A DNA stretch of 64,000 nt, taken from the NCBI GenBank assembly GCA_964386705.1, contig CAYLTY010000003.1, positions 14,026 to 78,025 on the forward strand, read 5' to 3'. Made by a program: the position numbers and the translations under genes. The notes below the pieces were generated by a model. It worked only from the letters and a program-made list of their open reading frames with translations, was not told where the DNA came from and searched no databases. This document shows positions 20,450 to 29,784 of this stretch, piece by piece (the first letter of the stretch is position 1; each line of letters starts with the position of its first letter). The stretch is from an uncultured Planctomycetaceae bacterium (GTDB taxonomy: Bacteria > Planctomycetota > Planctomycetia > Planctomycetales > Planctomycetaceae).

Positions 20450-21577
20450 ATGCAAGCACTCGACTACGCCCAGCAGCTTGTCCGCTTTGAGTCGCCCAGC
20501 CTGGTTTCCAACGTGCCCGTCGCGAACTTCATTGAGGAGACATTGCGGCGGCTCGGTTTCACCTGTGAGCGGCTGGACTACAACGACGCGAACGGCGTCC
20601 CGAAGTCCAGCGTCGTCGCTCGCAAGGGCGAGGGCACCGGCGGCATGGCGTATTTCGGCCACTCGGATGTCGTTCCTGCCGGCTCGTGGTTCACGACCGA
20701 GCACGGTCCCTTTCAGCCGACCATCGTCGGAGACCGGCTCTACGGTCGCGGGTCCTGCGACATGAAGGGCTCCGTCGCCTGCATGCTGGCCGCCGCCGAG
20801 CAATTTTCAGCCAGCGAACTCAAACACCCGATCTACGTCACGGTCACGGCCGACGAAGAAATCGGCTACGGCGGCGCCCGAGCTGTCGCTGTGCGTTCAA
20901 AACTGTTTCAGGAGATGGTGCGAGGCGACGCCAACGGCATCGTCGGCGAGCCGACCAAACTGGAAGTCGTTTACGCTCATAAGGGCACATACGGCTTCAC
21001 GGCGATCTCACGCGGCCGCGCCGCCCACTCGAGCACACGGGAAGGCATCAACGCCAACCTCAAGATGATTCCCTTCCTCGCCGAGATGAAACGCATTCAC
21101 GACGAGGTTCAAAACGATCCACAGTGGCAGCATAACGAGTTCGATCCGCCGGGAATCAGTTGGAACATCGGTATCAACGACCATACTGAAGCAGTCAACA
21201 TCACGGCTCCGCAGAGCATCTGCACGGTCTACTTCCGCCCGAGTCCCGGCCAGAACGGCGACGTCCTGATCGAACGTGCCAAGCGAGCTGCCGCCGAAAA
21301 CGGACTCGAAATCTCCGTTCGAGACGCCGCCAACGCGCTTTATGTTGACCGCAACTCCCCGTTCGTCCGTGAGGTGCTCGATCTCGCCGGCCAGACCGCA
21401 GCCAAAACCGTCTGCTACGGCACCGACGGCGCGGTGCTGGCAGCCCTCAAGAAACTGCTGGTTCTCGGCCCCGGCGACATCGCCCAGGCACATACTTGGG
21501 ATGAATGGATCGCCCTCGACCAACTCGACCGCGGGACTGAGCTCTACGCCAAACTCATCCGCCATTGGTGCTGCTGA
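20450..21577 (+). CDS. M20-family deacylase (acetylornithine deacetylase ArgE / DapE-like)
   Basis: Start taken at M28 of ORF 20369..21577 (MQALDYAQQLVRFESPS). Motifs: YFGHSDVVP, GRGSCDMKGS, ADEEIGYGGA. Confidence 0.8.
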   Translation: MQALDYAQQLVRFESPSLVSNVPVANFIEETLRRLGFTCERLDYNDANGVPKSSVVARKGEGTGGMAYFGHSDVVPAGSWFTTEHGPFQPTIVGDRLYGRGSCDMKGSVACMLAAAEQFSASELKHPIYVTVTADEEIGYGGARAVAVRSKLFQEMVRGDANGIVGEPTKLEVVYAHKGTYGFTAISRGRAAHSSTREGINANLKMIPFLAEMKRIHDEVQNDPQWQHNEFDPPGISWNIGINDHTEAVNITAPQSICTVYFRPSPGQNGDVLIERAKRAAAENGLEISVRDAANALYVDRNSPFVREVLDLAGQTAAKTVCYGTDGAVLAALKKLLVLGPGDIAQAHTWDEWIALDQLDRGTELYAKLIRHWCC

Positions 21578-21645
21578 GTTCGTGAAGCGAATTTCTGGAA
21601 CAGCAGGAGGAGCCCTCGATCTGACACACCGACTTGCGCTCCATT

Positions 21646-21701
21646 GTTTAACCCCTACGCCATCGGCGTGGGCGCGCACGCCGATGGCGTGGCGGTTAAA
21701 C
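21646..21701. terminator. Nested GC-rich palindrome between convergent genes
   Basis: GTTTAACC-CCTA-CGCCATCGGCGTG-GGCGCG-CACGCCGATGGCG-TGGC-GGTTAAAC. There is a 13-bp perfect inner stem and an 8-bp outer stem. Confidence 0.6.
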
Positions 21702-21745
21702 GCTGGGCTGCCATCGCATGCGATCAACCGCTCTCAACAACCCGA

Positions 21746-22681
21746 TCAGGCTTCCGTCGTGCCGGTGGTGTCCTGCTTGTGAGCACTCCACTTCATGGCG
21801 CGAGCGATGGGTTCGATCCGCAGCACAACGTTGCCGTCCTGAAAGATACGTACGGTGCCGGTCGATTCGGAAACGGCAATCGCGATGGCTTGCGTCGTCC
21901 GCGAAATCGCCGCTGCGGCCCAGTGTCGCGCACCCAGCCCCTTCGAAATCGTCAGCCCCTCGGCCGGAGCATCCAGAATGCGTCCCACGGCCTCGACATA
22001 GCCATCGGCCGAAATGATGAACGCTCCGTCGATCTGAGCGAGTTCTTTGATGCTCTCGCGCACGCGAGCCAGACGTACCGAACGTTCCTTGCGCGGATAA
22101 CCGTGACAGGGATCGAGAATCTGTTCGTGCGATTGAGCCAGCACCTTGCGGTGATTCCCAACCACAAACAGCGTCCCGACAGCTTTGCCTTCACGCCCCT
22201 CTTTACCGATCTCAACAGACAGATTCACCACCTGCCGCAGAGTTTCCAGAGGCACTGTTGTTTCAAGCCGTTGCAGGTCTCGGCTGGTCAGTTTGGTCAG
22301 ATGCTCGGCCAGATCCAGCACGCTCAGCGAATCGACGTCGTCGGTTTCGTACGACGCATAGATGGCCACAATCGTGTCGCCAGTCTTCAACAAGTCATCC
22401 GCGATGGCTTCCAGCAGCGCCTGCACCAGCTGCAACTGGCGAGTTTCAGGCTCTTCGAGCACTGGCACGTGATTGATGTCGTCCAGCTTGGCCGCCTCGA
22501 TCACCGCCGGTTTGTCAGACGCAACGATCAAGCGGGTTGTTTCCAGCGTCGCCTGAATCCCACGGAAGTCATATGGCAGCTCAGCCAGCAACACGACTGC
22601 GGACGCTTTGTGGTCGCGGGCCAGTACTTTGGCCGCGTTGATCAGTCCGACAGAATGGGACGAGAGCTGCGCTCGAATCAT
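21746..22681 (-). CDS. Diadenylate cyclase (DisA_N/DAC domain) with pyruvate-kinase-C-like N-terminal domain (CdaZ/DacZ-like architecture)
   Basis: C-terminal DAC signature: GTLFVVG...IDGAFIISADGYV...GLGARHWAAAAISRTTQAIAIAVSESTGTVRIF. The N-terminal roughly 150 aa look like the pyruvate kinase C-terminal domain (AAKVLARDHKASAVVLL...RLIVAS...GDTIVAIY). The ATG at 22681 is preferred. The ORF is open up to 22801. Confidence 0.8.
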   Translation of the reverse strand: MIRAQLSSHSVGLINAAKVLARDHKASAVVLLAELPYDFRGIQATLETTRLIVASDKPAVIEAAKLDDINHVPVLEEPETRQLQLVQALLEAIADDLLKTGDTIVAIYASYETDDVDSLSVLDLAEHLTKLTSRDLQRLETTVPLETLRQVVNLSVEIGKEGREGKAVGTLFVVGNHRKVLAQSHEQILDPCHGYPRKERSVRLARVRESIKELAQIDGAFIISADGYVEAVGRILDAPAEGLTISKGLGARHWAAAAISRTTQAIAIAVSESTGTVRIFQDGNVVLRIEPIARAMKWSAHKQDTTGTTEA

Positions 22682-22901
22682 TGACACCTGCTCGACAAAC
22701 AGGGGCTGAGAAGCTGCAGGCGGCCCGATGAAAAGTATCACGGACCGCCAATACGTCCGGCGAAGGCGGGGGGAGTTTAGGCCAATCACCCCTTCGGTCA
22801 ACGTGCCTCCTCACGTTCTCCGGAGATTGTGAGGAACTGGACGAACCTTCGGACGCGTTACGTTTCGATGTCGGGTTTGACGGCTGAATTTGCCATGCAA
22901 A

Positions 22902-23576
22902 CTAGGCCGCTCGTCGAACATCAGACACCGTGGGATGCGCGTGCAGGCAGCAGGGACCGTCCAGTACCGAACTGGCCTTCTGACCGAGCCGATCCCACTC
23001 CAGCGTCGAACGCGGCTGACGGTCCAGTTGCAATGTTGCAGCCCGAAACTCAGCGGGTTCGGAACCTGAATGGAACCGGTCAATGCGGCATTCACCGGGG
23101 AACTGCGCCAGATGTCGTGCAAAGCACAGCACATCATGTTCTGGTTCCGCCTGCGAATGCGTTGAACACAGAAAGATCAAGACGCCGCGCGGCTGCAGAC
23201 AGCTCAGCAGGCTGGCCGTTGTCAGAAACGCCTGCCGCGAGAACACGCTGTCCGACCATGCCGACAGGCAGCGAGCGAAGATCAAGTCGTAACCCGGTGT
23301 CCGCAGTTCAAACTGCTCGCGCGGGGCACCGCCCACGATGAATTCGAGATCGGGATTGAGCTCGCGTGCCAGTTCAACTTCCGCTTCGGATTCGTCCAAG
23401 CCGGTCGGATCAAATCCCAAAGACGCCAGGTAACGAACCAGCTCTCCGCGACCGCAGCCCGCATCCAGAATGCGAGCGCCAAGCGAGATGTTGTTGCGCA
23501 GCAACAGCTCGCGCAACAACCGCCGCGGATACGGCGGTTCCAGAACGTGATTATTTTCGAGCTGAGTCCACCCCAC
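22902..23576 (-). CDS. Class I SAM-dependent methyltransferase
   Basis: SAM-binding motif ARILDAGCGRGELVRYL...DLIFARC. The GTG at 23576 is preceded by AGGAGG with a 6-nt spacer. The ORF is open up to 23657. Confidence 0.8.
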   Translation of the reverse strand: MGWTQLENNHVLEPPYPRRLLRELLLRNNISLGARILDAGCGRGELVRYLASLGFDPTGLDESEAEVELARELNPDLEFIVGGAPREQFELRTPGYDLIFARCLSAWSDSVFSRQAFLTTASLLSCLQPRGVLIFLCSTHSQAEPEHDVLCFARHLAQFPGECRIDRFHSGSEPAEFRAATLQLDRQPRSTLEWDRLGQKASSVLDGPCCLHAHPTVSDVRRAA

Positions 23577-23696
23577 TCGGGGCCTCCTTGCCGACCTGCG
23601 AAATGACGCGTAGCGCGAGCACAAACAACCAGACCCGACTAATCTACGGCCGGTCAAAAAAAACGGTCAATACGCCTCTTAGCGACGACTCATCCC

Positions 23697-24047
23697 ATGC
23701 CTGCCAAGAAAACCACTCCGGACGCCAAATCACCGAGCGCCACGCCGAGTTTTGAAGATTCTCTGGATGAACTGCAGCAGATCGTTTCGCAGCTTGAAGC
23801 TGGCTCGCTGTCGCTCGAAGACTCGATGGCCCAGTTCGAACGCGGCGTCGGGCTCCTGCGGAACTGTTACCAGGTTCTGGAAACCGCAGAACAGCGGATT
23901 GAGATTCTGACTCAAGCCCACCCCGAGCGAGCGGTCACGGAGCCCTTTGACGCGTCAGCCACGTTGGAACAGGACACTGCAGCTCAACACCAGCCGACGC
24001 GGCGGCAGCCTCCTCGTCCCGCTGCCGGCCAACTGTTTGGTGAGTGA
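23697..24047 (+). CDS. xseB: Exodeoxyribonuclease VII small subunit with C-terminal extension
   Basis: SFEDSLDELQQIVSQLEAGSLSLEDSMAQFERGVGLLRNCYQVLETAEQRIEIL is a typical XseB helical hairpin. No xseA is present in the window. Confidence 0.8.
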   Translation: MPAKKTTPDAKSPSATPSFEDSLDELQQIVSQLEAGSLSLEDSMAQFERGVGLLRNCYQVLETAEQRIEILTQAHPERAVTEPFDASATLEQDTAAQHQPTRRQPPRPAAGQLFGE

Positions 24048-24080
24048 GCAGGTTCGACACGGGCAGCCCTGCGCCTGCGA

Positions 24081-26039
24081 TCATGCGTAGCGTTCACGAT
24101 CGCGACGCAGCCGCTCGAGCTGAGGCATGAAGTGCGTGCCAAGCGACCAGAGGTTGAAGCCGCTCGCGGCCAGCATCGTCAGACAGGTAAGGATCGCCGG
24201 AATCGCGAACCAACTCGTAATCCCCTGCTGTTCAACCAGGGCGAAGACGAACAAGCTGCCTGCGGTCAGCATCCCATGAAACGTAAAGTGCTCGTTGACC
24301 ATCTCTTGAGTCGCCCGGTCGAGCAGCATCTTGCCCAACCGCCGCAGCAGCAGGTAAGTCGGAACGCTCTGCAGGCCGTAGAGCAGCAGCAAGCCGTAGC
24401 CTTGCGCCGAATTGATCGACATCACCGGCGGAAACTCATGCAACCCGTTCACGATGCCGAAACGGGGAGCTCCCATGGCCACCATGGCGGTGGTCAGTCC
24501 AGCCAACACCACAGAAGCCGCTGCGAGCATGCGACTTTTGGGGTCTTCTGCCAGCGACGCGACCGCAGCATACAAACCGGCGGTAACCCCGGCAGGCGCT
24601 GCCAGCATCAACAGGGCCAGCGTCGTCGCAGTGGAACCACCCTCCGTGCTGTTGATGAACGCCGCCGCAAACATCGCCACCACCAGAGTGATGCCGTACT
24701 CAATCACACGCCCGTCGATCTTGATGAGATAAGTCAGTGGAAGAACCGGCAAAGCAATACTGCAGGCCATCGCGACGCCCGCAACGGCGAGGTTCTCCTC
24801 ACCGAGCGCTTCAGACGATCCCTCGAAGGGGATGAAGACTTCCATCGAAAGTATGAACAACCGCTTGAACGCGGCGTAAACCAGCCCGTTGACAACCACT
24901 GACATCAGGCACGCTTGAGCTCCAATACCCAGCAGCAGCCAGTCCAGAGAATCCCCGAAGCGACTCGCCACGACCATGGTGCGGATCGAGCGTTCCTCGG
25001 GCGTCAGCAAGGGCGGTGGCGCCGCGGTTGTCGGCAGTTCTACATGCGAAATCCGCGGGTCATGTGACGCCAGGTTCGCGAGTTTGGAAAAGTCGAGTTC
25101 GGGAACAGACTTCGACGATGAAGGCTCGGGAGGTAACAGGTTAACCGGCTCTTCATCCTCGTCGTCATCAAACACGCTGCGCGGCTTGAAACGCCGATGC
25201 TCGGGCAGAACTTCTGGCGCCTCGCGGCCGCTGGTGCCCAGCAATTCGGCTTCCCGTTCTGAGTCGGCATCCAGACGAAACGTGTCCGGCAAGTGCAATT
25301 CGCCGGAGCGTTCGGAACTGGTCAGCGGTGAAGGCAAAGGCGCTGGCTTCGGCTTCTTGCGCGGAGGTGGACTGCTGGGAGCGGTCTGCTCCGGAAAGCT
25401 GAATGGCTCCTCATCAAAACTCCTGGCGACTTCGTTCGGCCGTGCCGACCTGCGTCCCCCGCGACTTCGTTCACGCGGAGGCGGACTTTCATCAACCCGT
25501 GGGAACTCATCATCAGGCGACGGAGGCACGTAGCCACTCGGCACCTGAAACTCAGCCGTCTGGAAACGAAACTCATCCAGAGAAGACGGTGTCTCTCGCG
25601 ACGACTGATGGTCCGTGTCATCCGCTCCGTCGTCATCCGACCACTGAATACGCTGAGGATGAGAACGGCGCGGAACATCGCCCGTACCTTGCTCACTAGC
25701 GTCATCCTCTTCTTCCGCCCGCCGAGACTCGGCCCGATGTCGGAACCAGAGCGGAACCGCGTCCGGTCGCTGCTGTTCTTCCAGCATGAACGGTGTGGGT
25801 ACGGGAGGCGGCCGGCTTTCGTCGTCCTCGTCGTCGACGTCAACAAGAATCACTTCGTCTTCGTCGCTGCCAAAACCTTCTTCGGGAATGAAGCGTTCGG
25901 CAGCCTGCCACGAACCCACGTCGCCAGCACGGACTAAGTCACCCTCCCGAAACCAACGCTGATCAATCATCTGTTGAAGCTGAGCTTCAAAGATGGGACC
26001 AACCTCCCAGTCTCGGCGGGTGACGAAGTACTTCCGCAT
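24081..26039 (-). CDS. GYF_2-like N-terminal domain, long acidic/Pro-rich disordered linker, C-terminal polytopic membrane domain
   Basis: 652 aa. N-terminus DWEVGPIFEAQLQQMIDQRWFREGDLVRAGDVGSWQAAERF. About 280 aa are rich in D/E/P/S. Several hydrophobic helices follow in the last roughly 300 aa. The start lies 9 nt after the stop of the upstream WD40 gene. Confidence 0.7.
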   Translation of the reverse strand: MRKYFVTRRDWEVGPIFEAQLQQMIDQRWFREGDLVRAGDVGSWQAAERFIPEEGFGSDEDEVILVDVDDEDDESRPPPVPTPFMLEEQQRPDAVPLWFRHRAESRRAEEEDDASEQGTGDVPRRSHPQRIQWSDDDGADDTDHQSSRETPSSLDEFRFQTAEFQVPSGYVPPSPDDEFPRVDESPPPRERSRGGRRSARPNEVARSFDEEPFSFPEQTAPSSPPPRKKPKPAPLPSPLTSSERSGELHLPDTFRLDADSEREAELLGTSGREAPEVLPEHRRFKPRSVFDDDEDEEPVNLLPPEPSSSKSVPELDFSKLANLASHDPRISHVELPTTAAPPPLLTPEERSIRTMVVASRFGDSLDWLLLGIGAQACLMSVVVNGLVYAAFKRLFILSMEVFIPFEGSSEALGEENLAVAGVAMACSIALPVLPLTYLIKIDGRVIEYGITLVVAMFAAAFINSTEGGSTATTLALLMLAAPAGVTAGLYAAVASLAEDPKSRMLAAASVVLAGLTTAMVAMGAPRFGIVNGLHEFPPVMSINSAQGYGLLLLYGLQSVPTYLLLRRLGKMLLDRATQEMVNEHFTFHGMLTAGSLFVFALVEQQGITSWFAIPAILTCLTMLAASGFNLWSLGTHFMPQLERLRRDRERYA

Positions 26040-26048
26040 GCCAGGCTT

Positions 26049-28229
26049 TTATTTGGCAGCTTGTTGCTGCGGTGGATTGTAACCGGGGGCGGCAATGAAC
26101 TTCTTCACTTCCATCCCGTCATCAAGATTCCAGATGCGGACTTCGCCGTTGTAACTCCCTGCGGCGACGCGCTTCGCTCCCTGATGAACTGCAACCGAAT
26201 ACACCCAATCCGTGTGCCCGCTGAACTGACGCACTTGTCCGCCATCAGCCACTTTATGCTGCCGAGCCGTCTTGTCTGCGCTGCAGCTGAAAATTTGTCC
26301 ATCCGGCGTGACATTCACGCGGAAAACTTCACCGCCAAAGCCCATGTTCCGGATCTGCTTGGCATCTCCCGGCTGCCAGATACGCACTTGCTTGTCGTTA
26401 CCACCAGTGATGACCTGGTTTCCGTCCGGACTGAAGGCCACGCTGTAAACGGCGTCACCGTGACTGTTGAACGTCACCTGCGAATCACCGGTCGTCGAGT
26501 CAAACACCTTCGAAGTCTTGTCACGACTAGCCGACGCCAGTTTCTTGCCATCCGGAGACCACGCCACGTCCATCACCCAGTCGGCGTGATCTTCAATCGC
26601 GAGTTCCTGCTTCTGAGTCGCCACATCGAAGACGCGGATGGTGCGATCGGCGCCGGCCGTGGCCAATCGCTTGCCATCAGCACTGAGGCTCACAGCGAAC
26701 ACGGCGTCATCGGTGCGAACGAGGTCACCGAGCAGCTTGCCGTCAGCCACGTTGAACAGCTTCGCTTCGCCGATCTGAGCGGGAGTGCCCGCAGCGACGA
26801 CGACCGTCTGGCCGTCCTTGGTGAATTCAATGTCATAGACACGTTCGGCCACGTTGGTAATGCGACGCACGACGGTGCCGTCGGCAGCGTTCCACAGCAC
26901 GACTTCGTGATAACCGCTGGTCGCCAGCAGCGAACCGTCATGATTGAACGCCATCGCCGTGACCGGTACGGGCACTGGATACGCTTCCGGAGCCGGTGGC
27001 TGAACTTCCTTCGGAATGATCTGGATCAGCGGCTGGCTGGCCGTGAACCCGGCATCCAGCACAGCTCCGGTATCAATCCACTTCTTGACGAGTTCGATCT
27101 GTTCTTTGGTGAGCGGGTCGGCGTCCTTGGGCATCGATCCGTCAGCGATCAGCGACAGCAGGGACGAATCGCCACTGTGCATCGCCTTGACCGCTTCACC
27201 GGACTCGCCTCCCTTCACGATGCCCGCGAAGGTTTCCATGTTGTAACGGCCCTTGGCCGTCTTCGCGTTGTGGCACGCCAGGCAGCGCTTCGACAGCACC
27301 GGCGCGACGCTCTCGGCAAACGAGACCAGCTTGCCAACGCCAATCAGAGCTTTTTCAGCTTCACGGCGCTTGGTGACGTGTTCGGTGCGCACGGTGGTAA
27401 AATCGGCTTGAGCCTTCTGCACCTGCGGCACAATCGCGGCGATCTGTTCTTCGAGTTGCTTAGCGTTCGCGGTGCCGGTTTCGACCGTCTTCTTCGCTCC
27501 AACGATGCTGTCCTGCAGTGTCTTCAACGCGGCTTGAGCATCACCCAGCGCCTTGGCTGCAGCATCCACTTTCGGCTGCTCGGCTTTGAGCTTCGCGTCT
27601 TCAGCGTCGGCAGCTTTCTTGGTGTCTTCTTGAGCTTTCTTCGCGGCGACCAGTGCTTCGTCCGCAGCTTTCTTGGCGGCTTCGGCCTTGGTGACTTCCT
27701 CTTGAGCCTTCTTCTTCGCTTCTTCCTCGGTCGCGTCGGCTAGCACCTTCTGAGCATCAGCCAGAGCCTTGGCAGCAGCTTCCGCCTTGGGTTGTTCTTC
27801 TTTGGCTTTGGCATCCGCGGCTTCGAAAACCTTCTTCGTGTCTTCGGCGGTTTTCTTGATGGCTGCAAAAGCGTCGTCGACGGGCTTCTTGGCAGCCTCG
27901 GCCTTCTGCACCTTCTCCTCTTCCGGCTTCACCTTGGGCTCGCTGTCCTTCACGAGCTTGTCAGCAGTGCTCAGCTCAGCCTTCTGCTTGATGAGTGCTC
28001 CCTGCAGTTCCGCCTGTTTCTTCTGGAGGTCTTTGAGGACCTTCTCCGCAGCGGTTTCTCGCACCTTCACTTCGTCAGCGACTTTGACCAGCTCGTCAGC
28101 CTTTTGAATGGCCGCAGCATCTTGAGCGAACGTCAGGTTCCCGGAGGTCAGAGCGATCGCCAGTGCCAGACAGAGCCAGCGAGCGGAACTCAACCAGCGG
28201 GAAGCAAGGTGACGGAGGGGCTTCAACAT
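26049..28229 (-). CDS. Secreted coiled-coil / planctomycete cytochrome-c domain / WD40 beta-propeller protein
   Basis: Start taken at M34 (MLKPLRHLASRWLSSARWLCLALAIALTSG). K/A/E-rich coiled coil, CxxCH (CLACHNAKTAKGRYNMETF), then WD40-like repeats (ATSGYHEVVLWN, ATAGADRTIRVFD, ASASRDKTSKVFD, ITGGNDKQVRIW, AAGSYNGEVRIWN). Confidence 0.85.
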   Translation of the reverse strand: MLKPLRHLASRWLSSARWLCLALAIALTSGNLTFAQDAAAIQKADELVKVADEVKVRETAAEKVLKDLQKKQAELQGALIKQKAELSTADKLVKDSEPKVKPEEEKVQKAEAAKKPVDDAFAAIKKTAEDTKKVFEAADAKAKEEQPKAEAAAKALADAQKVLADATEEEAKKKAQEEVTKAEAAKKAADEALVAAKKAQEDTKKAADAEDAKLKAEQPKVDAAAKALGDAQAALKTLQDSIVGAKKTVETGTANAKQLEEQIAAIVPQVQKAQADFTTVRTEHVTKRREAEKALIGVGKLVSFAESVAPVLSKRCLACHNAKTAKGRYNMETFAGIVKGGESGEAVKAMHSGDSSLLSLIADGSMPKDADPLTKEQIELVKKWIDTGAVLDAGFTASQPLIQIIPKEVQPPAPEAYPVPVPVTAMAFNHDGSLLATSGYHEVVLWNAADGTVVRRITNVAERVYDIEFTKDGQTVVVAAGTPAQIGEAKLFNVADGKLLGDLVRTDDAVFAVSLSADGKRLATAGADRTIRVFDVATQKQELAIEDHADWVMDVAWSPDGKKLASASRDKTSKVFDSTTGDSQVTFNSHGDAVYSVAFSPDGNQVITGGNDKQVRIWQPGDAKQIRNMGFGGEVFRVNVTPDGQIFSCSADKTARQHKVADGGQVRQFSGHTDWVYSVAVHQGAKRVAAGSYNGEVRIWNLDDGMEVKKFIAAPGYNPPQQQAAK

Positions 28230-28605
28230 GAACGAGCCTCTTTTCAGGGGAAGTGGATCGGAGGGCAAGCAGAGGATTGCAGGCGGGATTGATGCCACCA
28301 TCAAAGTTACCGAATGTGACATCAACAACGGTTGATAGCATCCGGCGACCCCTGCGCGCTGTCAAGCAGCGGATGCCGTCTCGACGAATTCGGCAGCAAG
28401 TACGCGACAAGGCCCAGATTGGATCCGCTGAGCAGCACGTCTTCATTGCCGCCGAGCGGCTTACTGGCAATAGTGAACAAGTTGTTCAGAGCAAGGCCGT
28501 GAAAAGAACCTTTGGCGGCAATGGGCGCCGACCATTGGTCCTGAACATCCGGCATTGGAATCAAGTCAGCACTTTCTGCTCTGCGCGGCAGTCAATTCAG
28601 GAGGC

Positions 28606-29706
28606 ATGACCATGAGGCGTCTCTTCTGCATCGTGGCACTACTTTGTGGTTCCTCAAGCCAGACCACCTACGCACAGGATGCGAGACCAGATCGATTCGC
28701 TGCATTTCGTGAAAACTCGCTGGCCTATATCAACTCGATGAAGCTGCTCGAAGCCTCCATGCGGGCCAACTACGAGCAGTTGAAAACCTGGTCAGGACGG
28801 TACGACCTCGAAGAGTATTCAGCGATCACCAGGATTCAGCTCATCACCAAAGACAAGCGACTCTACGGCTTAGAGGGAGACCTCGCGCTGGATCGAAAAG
28901 TGACGGTCCAGTTTGCAATCGACCTGCCCAAGAATCTCCTTTTCACGACCTACGATTTGCCCGAGTCGGTCTTGGTCACGAATCGCTCCACCAAGGAGAA
29001 AACCAATGGCCTGGTGATTCCAAGATCGTCCCGACATGTGCTCACTAAAGAGCAGTGGCTTCGTACTGACCTGTCGTGGAACGCTCCCGCATCCGAACTG
29101 GTGGGCACCAACGTAGGAATGCGTTCGACCGCAGAAGACGCACTCCAGTTTTCGGCTTATTCGTTCCTGGTCGATCCTCGAAGCTTCTACGAGTCGTCGA
29201 CAGGCCTTTCCTTCATTGGTGGCCTACGCACTTGCATTGACTACGCAAACAAGGGAAACGACCTCCCTTTGGTGATCACGACCGACACTTCGGAAGGGAA
29301 TGCCAAATGGAGGCTGACCCAAGAATATCGGCTCGGCGACGACCGCATGGAGCCACCCACTGTGGTGGAGAAGGTCTTTGATTCGACCGATGGAATTACT
29401 CCTCTGTCGATGACTTGCAAGAATCCTGAAGGGCTCATCACAGATCAACGTGAATGGACATTCCGCAAAGTAAAAGGAATTAGTATCCCTGAGCGATATA
29501 CACTGAGGAAATACAAGCAGGACAAGTTGATCTTGAAGCGGGCTTTCCGCCTGGTGGAATGCCAGGTCAACGAGCCTTTAGCAGACAGCATTTTCAGCTG
29601 GGAAAACCTAGGTCTTGCAGAAGGCTACCGTGTCGTCGACAAGATTCAGGGCACCACATTGCAGTATCAGAACGGGAATCTAGTTCCCGTCGTCGATCAG
29701 CGATGA
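28606..29706 (+). CDS. Secreted hypothetical protein
   Basis: GGAGG-ATG at 28606. Signal peptide MTMRRLFCIVALLCGSSSQTTYAQ. I recognise no motif. The region looks lower in GC than its neighbours. Confidence 0.6.
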   Translation: MTMRRLFCIVALLCGSSSQTTYAQDARPDRFAAFRENSLAYINSMKLLEASMRANYEQLKTWSGRYDLEEYSAITRIQLITKDKRLYGLEGDLALDRKVTVQFAIDLPKNLLFTTYDLPESVLVTNRSTKEKTNGLVIPRSSRHVLTKEQWLRTDLSWNAPASELVGTNVGMRSTAEDALQFSAYSFLVDPRSFYESSTGLSFIGGLRTCIDYANKGNDLPLVITTDTSEGNAKWRLTQEYRLGDDRMEPPTVVEKVFDSTDGITPLSMTCKNPEGLITDQREWTFRKVKGISIPERYTLRKYKQDKLILKRAFRLVECQVNEPLADSIFSWENLGLAEGYRVVDKIQGTTLQYQNGNLVPVVDQR

Positions 29707-29784
29707 AGCAACACCGTTGGTGAATATGGACCACTCGCAACTGCTGTTTGGATTGCGAACGCCTGCAGGCTCCAAGTCGTGGAC

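Noticed and set aside
21644-22684. 346-aa plus-strand ORF
   Set aside because: It is antisense to the diadenylate cyclase gene, whose DAC signature is on the minus strand.
22811-23137. 108-aa minus-strand ORF
   Set aside because: It overlaps the 3' part of the methyltransferase gene in another frame and has no motif.
25974-27743. 589-aa plus-strand ORF
   Set aside because: It is antisense to the WD40/cytochrome gene and to the end of the GYF gene. The minus-strand products carry clear motifs (CxxCH, WD repeats). The plus frame is Arg/Leu/Gly-rich with no motifs.
27525-27845. Periodic repeat that might suggest a CRISPR or tandem array
   Set aside because: The repeat lies in frame inside a coiled-coil coding region, the units are diverged, and there is no repeat-spacer regularity. 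No CRISPR array exists anywhere in the window.
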